Assembly: GCA_046351615.1 (NCBI GenBank)
Contig: JAXLYF010000011.1
Coordinates: 10,882 to 74,881 of the forward strand
DNA length: 64,000 bases
Direction of reading: 5' to 3'
DNA from: Polyangia bacterium
GTDB lineage: Bacteria; Myxococcota_A; Polyangia; Palsa-1104; JAEUJZ01
Numbering within the stretch: position 1 is the first letter of the stretch; each line of letters begins with the position of its first letter. Of this stretch, positions 57,280 to 64,000 are shown one piece after another. The notes beneath the pieces were generated by a model. It ran no database searches. It saw only the letters and a list, made by a program, of their open reading frames with translations, and was not told the origin of the DNA. The translations under genes and the position numbers were made by a program.

Positions 57280-57665
57280 TGCCAAACGCAGTATGTATGG
57301 GAGCAATGCTCAAGTGTTCGTTTGGGGTGGCTCCGGGATCGCTGATGGTGCTTCCCACCAACCTTGTGATGTCGAGTGGGCCGGTGGCAAACATCATGGA
57401 TCACAAGCCAATGGTGAACGTCATGCCCTTTGGAATGTGTCAGTCGATGGCCAATCCGATGGTGGCAGCAGCGACGGCAGCGGCCATGGGAGTCCTGACT
57501 CCGATGCCATGCATTCCCAACACGCCGGCACCGTGGATTGTCGGGGCGCCGACCGTGCTGCTGGGGAACATGCCGATCCTGAACAACTCCGCGAAGTTGA
57601 TGTGTATGTGGGCGGGCGTGATCGAGATTCTGCCTCCTGGTGTTCCGACGATCATGACTCCTTAA
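57276..57665 (+). CDS. DUF4280-family PAAR-like protein (putative VgrG tip/sharpening or cargo-adaptor protein)
   Basis: 129 aa, Cys/Met/Pro-rich; CMGAMLKCSFGVAPGSLMVLP...NVMPFGMCQSMANPMVAAATAAAMGVLTPMPCIP...LMCMWAGVIEI matches the DUF4280 PAAR-like pattern; 4-bp overlap with upstream gene. Confidence 0.7.
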   Translation: MMPNAVCMGAMLKCSFGVAPGSLMVLPTNLVMSSGPVANIMDHKPMVNVMPFGMCQSMANPMVAAATAAAMGVLTPMPCIPNTPAPWIVGAPTVLLGNMPILNNSAKLMCMWAGVIEILPPGVPTIMTP

Positions 57666-57674
57666 GGAGCGAAG

Positions 57675-58547
57675 ATGGCTACGCGAGTTCGCAAGACAGC
57701 AGTAGTTGCACCGGCAGAGCCTGTACCAGAGACGACTCCTGTCCAGACCACGCGGCGACGGGCTACGACCAGTCGAACGGCGGCAACGCGACGGACAGCA
57801 AGCTCTTCTCGGAGTCAGCGGATTGCGGTGGGCGCAGAGCCTGTGCTTCCCGATGCAGAGCTGTCTGCGGACTCCGCAAAAGGGGTGGCTGCACCTGCGG
57901 AAGTCGCCGTCTCTGTTCCAGACACAGTCGCGGCTTCCGTTCCAGAGCCAGTGGTTGCAGAGTCGCAGAGCCCGGCTCCCGAACCGCCCAAGGCTGCTGC
58001 GACAGATGGACTTGCACTGACAGAGGGCGCTGGGCTTTCGCTTGCGATCACTGCGCGGGTGGAATCGATTCAGAAGCTGCTTTCGGAAGGACAAGAGCGC
58101 CTGTCGCAAGAGATCAGCAAGTCGCAGACCCAGACTGTACGCAACGTCTCTGGACTTGCGCATGATGTCGATCGCTTGATGACGCAGCTTCAGGGGCTTT
58201 CGTCGCGGATTACGCAGACAGAGAGCACCCTTGCGCGAATTGAAGCGACGCTGGTTCCGCTGTCGCGAGCGATCTCTGCCAGCTTGCTTCCCAGCAAACC
58301 TGTCGAAAAAGTGGTGAGTCCTGAGCTGTTAGAGAGTCGACTTGCAACGGCGATGGCTCCGATCTTGGCAGAGCTTATCGAGCTACGTGCGCTAAGGGCG
58401 CGTGAGAGCAGCCTGGCGCAAGTGGAGCAGCAGATTCTGCTGACGGAACTGAAGCGATTGCGAAACGTTGCACTTCCGGTCGCGGAGCGGACTACGGATC
58501 CTTTACTCTCTGTAGGAAAGACTTCGCGACGTTTGTCTTCAAAATAG
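57675..58547 (+). CDS. Hypothetical protein: disordered Arg/Thr/Pro/Ala/Val-rich N-terminus plus C-terminal coiled-coil domain; tightly linked (10-bp gap) to PAAR-like gene
   Basis: N-terminus TTRRRATTSRTAATRRTASSSRSQR; C-terminus heptad-like LSEGQERLSQEISKSQTQTVRNVSGLAHDVDRLMTQLQGLSSRITQTESTLARIEATL. Confidence 0.55.
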   Translation: MATRVRKTAVVAPAEPVPETTPVQTTRRRATTSRTAATRRTASSSRSQRIAVGAEPVLPDAELSADSAKGVAAPAEVAVSVPDTVAASVPEPVVAESQSPAPEPPKAAATDGLALTEGAGLSLAITARVESIQKLLSEGQERLSQEISKSQTQTVRNVSGLAHDVDRLMTQLQGLSSRITQTESTLARIEATLVPLSRAISASLLPSKPVEKVVSPELLESRLATAMAPILAELIELRALRARESSLAQVEQQILLTELKRLRNVALPVAERTTDPLLSVGKTSRRLSSK

Positions 58548-58625
58548 TGACTGGGTACGGTGTGGGATGGGGTGGGGGACTTGTAGTAGGTAGTGATTCC
58601 TAGACTGGCTTAGTGAGGGGGGAAC

Positions 58626-61600
58626 TTGATGCGACATACACTCACGGTGAGGGGACTGTGCCTTGCGGTCTGGTCATGCCTCGCGCTTCTGTGGGCATCC
58701 TGTAGTGTGCCAGACGGCGTGATGTTGTCGATCCGTGCTCCCGAGGGAGTGCGACTTCAGAGCTACATCATCAAGATTCAGGATCGCAGCACCCGCAAAG
58801 TGGTGTTTCTGTCCGGTATCCAAACGCTGAGCGAAAAGCGACTGCTGGCGAGTGATCCGCTGAAGGTTGCGCTGCCGTTTTCGCAGCACGGACGATTCTT
58901 GATCCAGGTGCTGGCTGCCAATGTTCCCAACGTAGAGTCTCTGCCGCAGAAAGGGAATCCCGAGCCGCAGTACTTCTTTGCGCGGATGCTCGACATCGCG
59001 TCGTATCAGGAATTTGAAGCAAAGCTGCTGCCAATTCCTTCGGAATACGATGTGGACGGAGACCACTTTCCCGACGCTGTGACCTGGACTGCGCAGAACG
59101 CTGAAGCGGCTGCGATGTATCAAGATCAACCGGAAGTGCTGGACTGTGTGGACTCCGATCCAGCCCCTGGTGATCTGGAACCGGTGCGACTGCGGAGCTT
59201 TGACATTCATCCGCTGGCGACGCCGTCTTGTAACGTCAAGCTGCGTCCTTCCCATCCGCCGAGCACCCTTCCTCCGCTGGAGCTATTCGACGTAACGTGT
59301 GCGAAGGAGCCGCGCGCGTGCGAAGACAAAGACGGTGACGGAGATCCCGAAGGCAGCGACTGCGATGACACCGACAAGAATCGCTATCACGGAAATCCTC
59401 GACCGCGAAACTGTTGTGAGTGTACCGATGTCACTTCCTGCGCGACGAATCACAAGAAGCGCGCGGATCTCTCTTTGTGTCAGCCGAAGCGCTGCGATAC
59501 GACGTTTGACTTTGACTGCACAGGACTGAACGTAGACTGCTTCACCGACGAAGATTGTGATGGCTATTCGCCGAACAATCCCGATGTGAAGCTGCGTGAC
59601 TGTGATGACACGGACTCGCGCGTGCATCCCAATGCGCAGAAGCTGTGTGATCCTGCTGATGGTGTGATCAAAGACTGGGCGTGCGATGGTCGTCCGCAAG
59701 CGGGCTGTGTTCCGTGCGATCTGGACGGTGATGGATTTCAGCGCTCAGAGGTTCTAGCCGGACAGACTTGTCCGACGACAAACTACAAGATGTCGGGACG
59801 TCCTCTGGACTGCGATGACAACGATCGCGGTGTGTTTCCGGGCTCTGCGACAGCGGCAGGAACTGCTACCAAGTACGGTGCGCTGGATCCTGCATCGAAG
59901 GGCTTCAATGTCCTTTCTGCCATGCGCGGACTGTGTCGCAACACGGACTCCACCGGAGCGATTCAGAACACAAGCTGCGAAGATCCCACGCTGGCGCGAG
60001 CTGGCTGTCCTTCGCTGTCTTGTGATGCGGACGGAGACGGATTCCCAAAGAACGTGGTTGGCTGCACGGTGGTCGGAAAGCCGTTTGACTGCAACGACAG
60101 CGATCCGACTGCATTTCCTGGTGCTCCGATTGCGTGTGATGGCAAAGATCATGACTGTGACAACGTCGCGGATGTCTGTTCCTTTGACCGTGACAAAGAT
60201 GGGTACGATGCAGCCAGTGACTGTGATGATGCCAACGCAGATGTCCATCCGTTCGCGGTGGAGATGTGCAATGGCAGAGACGATGACTGCGACGGTCTGA
60301 TCGACGAGCTGAACCCGGACTCTGCTGGAGCGCGGATGGTTCAGACCGGAACCGATGGATCGAAAAAGACCACGTCTTGCGCGGACTCTACCGTTGGTCT
60401 GTGTGGACAGAAGGACGGCAGCGGATTCTTCAGCGGTCGCTGTGTCTGTACGTCTACGGTTCCTTCTTCCACCGTTGACACCAAGGCGTTTCAGGGGTGT
60501 CCGTCTCAAGACAACAATGCACTGTTTACGGCGCGCTGCTTTGGTGCAAATCAACCCAAGCCGCAGACCTGCGATGCGCTCAATCCGGTGGATGATGACT
60601 GCAACGGCAGCCTCGATGATCCAACAGGAAACAACCTGAAGGAAAAGGGACAAGCGTGCGGAATCACGGTGGCCGGTACGCGCTGCAAGGCCGGTACAGT
60701 AACGGGCTGTGTGCGCACCAAAGACAATCCGTTTTATGCGCTGAGCGTTCCGGGCTTCGCACAAAAAGATCGCTACTTGGTTTGCAAGGATCAGACGGAT
60801 CCGATCGCAGAGCTTTGCAACGGTCTCGACGATGACTGTAGTGGCGCGCTGCCAGCCAACGAGAAGGATGCAGATGGCGACAAGTACATGTCCTGCTCGG
60901 GCTGCAAGGACACGGACAATCCCGCTGCGTTTAATACGAACCTTCTGTATTGCAACGACTGCGATGACAGCAACCGCAATGTCTGGCCCGCGATTCCCGC
61001 ACCCAGCATGCAGGCGCGTGATGGCGCTCCGGAGCTATGTGACAGCCTGGACAACAAGTGCGTGAGCGGAAACGTCAGCATGACGCCCGGCAACGACGGA
61101 TTTGAGCAGTGCGGAAACGGAGCAGATACCGGAAAGGGAACCTGCTGCCCGATGCTGCGGATGTGTATCGATCCGCAGACAGACTTCGCTCACTGCGGAA
61201 GCTGCACCGGCGCTTGTAGCTCGAGCACGGCGGATCGCTGCGGTGGTGGACAGTGCATGTGCAATAACGAAGTGGCCTGCGATCCGGCCAGTCAGGTCAA
61301 GTCTCTGTGCAAGGCCGGAACGGGCTGCGTGCAGTGTCTGGCTGGTGCAGACTGCTTGCGCATCCTGGGTTCTTCGACCACCACGAAGGCATGCAGTGCG
61401 ACCCAGAATCGCTGCGTAGAGTGTACCGACAACGGGTTCTGCTCGGCCTTCCCTGGACGTCCTGCTTGCGATACCGGAACCGGAAAGTGCGCAGTCTGCT
61501 TGAGCAACATGGACTGCAAGACTCCGACGGCACCGGGCTGCAAAGTCGATCCAGCCGACAGCAGCAAGAACATGTGTGTGGAGTGTACGCAAAACAGTCA

Positions 61601-62642
61601 CTGCACCACGCCTGGCAAGACCACTTGTGACACCACGATCAACAAGTGCGTCCCGTGCTTGATCGCTGCGGACTGCAAGAACATGTCTCCTGCGCAGTGC
61701 AAGACGGACCCGGACTCTACGCTCAACATGTGTGTGGAGTGTCTGACCAGCAATGACTGTAAGACGCTGACTTCGCGTCCGATCTGCGATGCAACCAAGA
61801 ACAAGTGTGTGCCGTGTCTGGGGGATACGGACTGTCCGAACACGGCTCCCAAGTGCTTCAAGGATGTGGGCGGAGACACGTCGAAGAACCTGTGTGTCCC
61901 GTGCTTGAGCAGCACAGACTGCGCGGGTGTCGCGGGCAAGCCAGTCTGCGATCTGGTGTCGCATCAGTGCATTGCGTGCCAGGGAAACCCAGACTGCTCT
62001 GGCGTTGCAGGAAAGCCGGCGTGCTACATAAACGCTGCGGACACGACCAAGAATCAGTGTGTTCCGTGCGTAGGAACTACGGACTGTCCGATGGCGACTC
62101 CGACGTGCAAGCAGAATGCGGCGGATCCCAGCAAGAACATGTGTCTCATCTGTCTGGCGGATGCCAACTGTCCAGCGACGACGCCTGCTTGCTACAAAGA
62201 TCCAGGTATGGATGACACCAAGAACTACTGCGTGGAGTGCACGTCCAACCTGCAGTGCAAGGCTGCGAGTCCGGTGTGTTACGTCGATGCAGATCCCAAG
62301 AAGAATGCCTGCGCAGCATGTCTGGCCAATGCGGACTGCACAAACGCGAGCACTCCCAAGTGTTACGTAGATGCAACAGACAAGCACAAGAATGTCTGCA
62401 CCGCGTGTCTGATGAACGCGGACTGCAACGGAACCAACAAGTTCTGTCAGACGGTCAATGCGATGCCGGTGAAGAACCTCTGTGTGCCGTGCGCAGCGAA
62501 TGCGGACTGTAAGGGAGCGACTCCTAAGTGCTACATCGACATGGCAGATCCTACCAAGACGCTGTGTGTAGAGTGCTTGATGAATGCGGACTGTCCAATG
62601 AGCAAGCCAACGTGTAATATGACAACGCACGCTTGTATGTAA
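58626..62642 (+). CDS. Giant (1338 aa) Cys-rich secreted lipoprotein: N-terminal domain, MopE-like 'putative metal-binding' Cys/Asp motifs, then ~16 tandem ~35-aa four-Cys repeats (Myxococcus-type Cys-rich repeat)
   Basis: Signal LCLAVWSCLALLWASCSV; MopE-like DCDDTDKNRYHGNPR, DCDDTDSRVHPNAQKLCD, CNDSDPTAFPGAPIACDGKDHDCD, DCDDANADVHPFAVEMCNGRDDDCDGLIDE; C-terminal repeats C(V)xC(L)x3DCx5-7CxxDx5-8KNxC e.g. CVPCLGDTDCPNTAPKCFKDVGGDTSKNL. Confidence 0.8.
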   Translation: MMRHTLTVRGLCLAVWSCLALLWASCSVPDGVMLSIRAPEGVRLQSYIIKIQDRSTRKVVFLSGIQTLSEKRLLASDPLKVALPFSQHGRFLIQVLAANVPNVESLPQKGNPEPQYFFARMLDIASYQEFEAKLLPIPSEYDVDGDHFPDAVTWTAQNAEAAAMYQDQPEVLDCVDSDPAPGDLEPVRLRSFDIHPLATPSCNVKLRPSHPPSTLPPLELFDVTCAKEPRACEDKDGDGDPEGSDCDDTDKNRYHGNPRPRNCCECTDVTSCATNHKKRADLSLCQPKRCDTTFDFDCTGLNVDCFTDEDCDGYSPNNPDVKLRDCDDTDSRVHPNAQKLCDPADGVIKDWACDGRPQAGCVPCDLDGDGFQRSEVLAGQTCPTTNYKMSGRPLDCDDNDRGVFPGSATAAGTATKYGALDPASKGFNVLSAMRGLCRNTDSTGAIQNTSCEDPTLARAGCPSLSCDADGDGFPKNVVGCTVVGKPFDCNDSDPTAFPGAPIACDGKDHDCDNVADVCSFDRDKDGYDAASDCDDANADVHPFAVEMCNGRDDDCDGLIDELNPDSAGARMVQTGTDGSKKTTSCADSTVGLCGQKDGSGFFSGRCVCTSTVPSSTVDTKAFQGCPSQDNNALFTARCFGANQPKPQTCDALNPVDDDCNGSLDDPTGNNLKEKGQACGITVAGTRCKAGTVTGCVRTKDNPFYALSVPGFAQKDRYLVCKDQTDPIAELCNGLDDDCSGALPANEKDADGDKYMSCSGCKDTDNPAAFNTNLLYCNDCDDSNRNVWPAIPAPSMQARDGAPELCDSLDNKCVSGNVSMTPGNDGFEQCGNGADTGKGTCCPMLRMCIDPQTDFAHCGSCTGACSSSTADRCGGGQCMCNNEVACDPASQVKSLCKAGTGCVQCLAGADCLRILGSSTTTKACSATQNRCVECTDNGFCSAFPGRPACDTGTGKCAVCLSNMDCKTPTAPGCKVDPADSSKNMCVECTQNSHCTTPGKTTCDTTINKCVPCLIAADCKNMSPAQCKTDPDSTLNMCVECLTSNDCKTLTSRPICDATKNKCVPCLGDTDCPNTAPKCFKDVGGDTSKNLCVPCLSSTDCAGVAGKPVCDLVSHQCIACQGNPDCSGVAGKPACYINAADTTKNQCVPCVGTTDCPMATPTCKQNAADPSKNMCLICLADANCPATTPACYKDPGMDDTKNYCVECTSNLQCKAASPVCYVDADPKKNACAACLANADCTNASTPKCYVDATDKHKNVCTACLMNADCNGTNKFCQTVNAMPVKNLCVPCAANADCKGATPKCYIDMADPTKTLCVECLMNADCPMSKPTCNMTTHACM

Positions 62643-62658
62643 CGGTAAGGAGAGCCTT

Positions 62659-63477
62659 GTGATGGACGGACGCAGTGAGGATACCGAAGCGAAGATTGCT
62701 GAGCTACAGGCTCTTCTTCCCGGTAGTGATGCGGCGGCTCTGTATGAAGCGAGCCGTCGCGCGGCGCTGGCGGTTGAGTTTCGTGGTGTCGATGAAGTCT
62801 TGGGACTGCTTAGGAATCGATCGTCTCAGATTGAGCAGCTGGGAGAGCTGACCCTACAAGCGCTGACACGCGCCGCTCAGCTTGGTCACTTGCAAGCCGG
62901 AGTGGATCTCGCCAATCGCATCTATTTTTCCCGGCAGACAGAGCGCGCAAGCGAAGCGTTTGCACTGGCAGACAGAGCGCAGAGCATTCCGCGCGCGCTG
63001 TATCTGCTCGGGCTGTTTTACTTTGCAGGCTTTGGCTGCGAAAAAGATGCATCGAAAAGTATTCATTATCATCAGCTCGCGGCAGAAGCCGGGGAAGCCG
63101 ATGCGATGTTCGAGCTGTATGTCTTTTACACCAAGGGAGTCGGAACCTCCGTCGACAAAGCGGTTGCCTTTTCGTGGTGTGAACGTGCGGCGGAAGCAGG
63201 CAATCATCGCGCCATGGCGAACCTGGGTGGCTTCTACGCAACCGGCGATGGTGTGACGCAAGATCCCGAAAAGGCCGTGGTGTTTTACGATCGCGCCGCC
63301 CAAGCGGGAAATGGTCTTGCGGCAGCTACGCTCGGCATGATGTACGCAATCGGTGATGGAGCGCCCCACAGTGACGAGTCCGCACGTCGCTACTTTCGCA
63401 TGGCAGAGTCTCTGCGCTACGACTGGCGTGCGCTCGCTGATCAGTGTGGACTCCGTACCGATCCGTACGAAGCGTAG
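62659..63477 (+). CDS. Sel1-repeat (TPR-like) protein
   Basis: Sel1 units: ALYLLGLFYFAGFGCEKDASKSIHYHQLAAEAGEADAMFELYVFYTKGVGTSVDKAVAFSWCERAAEAGNHRAMANLGGFYATGDGVTQDPEKAVVFYDRAAQAGNGLAAATLGMMYAIGDG. Confidence 0.8.
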   Translation: MMDGRSEDTEAKIAELQALLPGSDAAALYEASRRAALAVEFRGVDEVLGLLRNRSSQIEQLGELTLQALTRAAQLGHLQAGVDLANRIYFSRQTERASEAFALADRAQSIPRALYLLGLFYFAGFGCEKDASKSIHYHQLAAEAGEADAMFELYVFYTKGVGTSVDKAVAFSWCERAAEAGNHRAMANLGGFYATGDGVTQDPEKAVVFYDRAAQAGNGLAAATLGMMYAIGDGAPHSDESARRYFRMAESLRYDWRALADQCGLRTDPYEA

Positions 63478-63495
63478 TCCGCTCTTTCTTTCTCC

Positions 63496-63561
63496 TCTCC
63501 AGTGATTGGGAATCGATTGGGAATCGATTGGGAGTCGATTGGGAATCGATTGGGAATCGAT
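63496..63561. repeat. Six tandem copies of 11-bp unit attgggaatcg (two with g-to-a variant ggagtcg) in convergent intergenic region
   Basis: gattgggaatcgattgggaatcgattgggagtcgattgggaatcgattgggaatcgattgggagtcg; shares the GGGAATCG core with array at 17023-17110. Confidence 0.85.
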
Positions 63562-63575
63562 TGGGAGTCGTGTGC

Positions 63576-63962
63576 CTACAGCCCGATTCGCTGGTTGTGG
63601 CGCGCGGCTTGCCACGCAGTTCCAAAGCGTCCCGGCCACTTGGTCTGCGGATTCTGTTTGAGCGAATCGGTGACAAGCTCGATCCAGCGCTGGAGCAGTA
63701 CGCGGCTCTCTGCAAACGCCTTCTGCGACGACGGAGGACTGAGCAGCCAGCGCTGTTCATACTGATTCCGTTCCGATTCAAACAAGGGAAGGAGTCGCTC
63801 TGGATGCTGAAGGACCAGGCGATGCAGGCGCTCATGCTGCCAGAACAGCGAATGGGAATCGGCGCGTCCAAATGCGGGCTGTCCCAGCTCTTCCGGCGGC
63901 AGCGGCTCATGCACCGACGCGGGCTTAAACAGCGACAGACACGGCGCCGAGGTCGCGGTCAC
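63576..63962 (-). CDS. Hypothetical protein (128 aa) at the window edge
   Basis: ORF with ATG at 63962; no motif recognised; may extend or be mis-started given proximity to window end. Confidence 0.35.
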   Translation of the reverse strand: MTATSAPCLSLFKPASVHEPLPPEELGQPAFGRADSHSLFWQHERLHRLVLQHPERLLPLFESERNQYEQRWLLSPPSSQKAFAESRVLLQRWIELVTDSLKQNPQTKWPGRFGTAWQAARHNQRIGL

Positions 63963-64000
63963 ATGGTGGCGATCTCCCTGCGGAGACAGCCGCGAAACCC

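Noticed and set aside
59754-62630. Minus-strand ORFs of 336 and 531 aa inside the Cys-rich giant gene
   Set aside because: Arg/Val/His-rich antisense translations; plus-strand gene has consistent Cys-repeat structure.
62854-63639. 261-aa minus-strand ORF overlapping the Sel1 gene and the 11-bp repeat array
   Set aside because: Its repeat-derived N-terminus (LPIDSQSIPNRLPIDSQSIPN) is a translation of the tandem array; the Sel1 reading frame on plus strand is well supported.

Overview
High-GC (~63-66%) bacterial chromosomal window whose gene content points to a myxobacterium: Cys-rich 'Myxococcus-type' repeat lipoprotein, MopE-like Cys motifs, PEGA domains, TSP3/OmpA proteins, and giant FecR/VIT/vWA/TPR lipoproteins. 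The dominant feature is a type VI secretion system (T6SS) locus at about 37.2-57.7 kb, in the order tssJ-tssK-tssL-[TPR membrane protein]-[LIVBP-like lipoprotein]-tssM-tssA-tssB-tssC-hcp-tssE-tssF-tssG-vgrG. It is followed by a MORN/YwqK-like protein, a DUF4280 PAAR-like protein, a coiled-coil protein, a 1338-aa Cys-rich repeat lipoprotein and a Sel1-repeat protein. No clpV/tssH is present anywhere in the window. Upstream of the T6SS lies an uncharacterised three-gene module (31.6-36.9 kb): a small Ala/Lys/Asp-rich protein, an 1179-aa Ala/Lys-rich helical protein ending in 60-bp and 33-bp coding tandem repeats, and a protein with three CarboxypepD_reg-like repeats. Other content: a PP2C phosphatase fused to a cNMP-binding domain, aspartate kinase preceded by an 11-copy 21-bp tandem array, and a ~1.1-kb low-GC (~47%) island with two overlapping unknown genes. 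There are also two tandem paralogous >1400-aa FecR/VIT/vWA/TonB_C-like/TPR lipoproteins, a Tat-signal/CxxCH cluster, an AraC regulator, a decayed patch (frameshifted S41 peptidase, Ser/Thr kinase pseudogene remnant), a ~57-bp direct repeat flanking a 1.5-kb insertion-like segment next to ompA, and a short 'GGGAATCG' tandem-repeat family at two convergent gene ends. No rRNA, tRNA or CRISPR was recognised.
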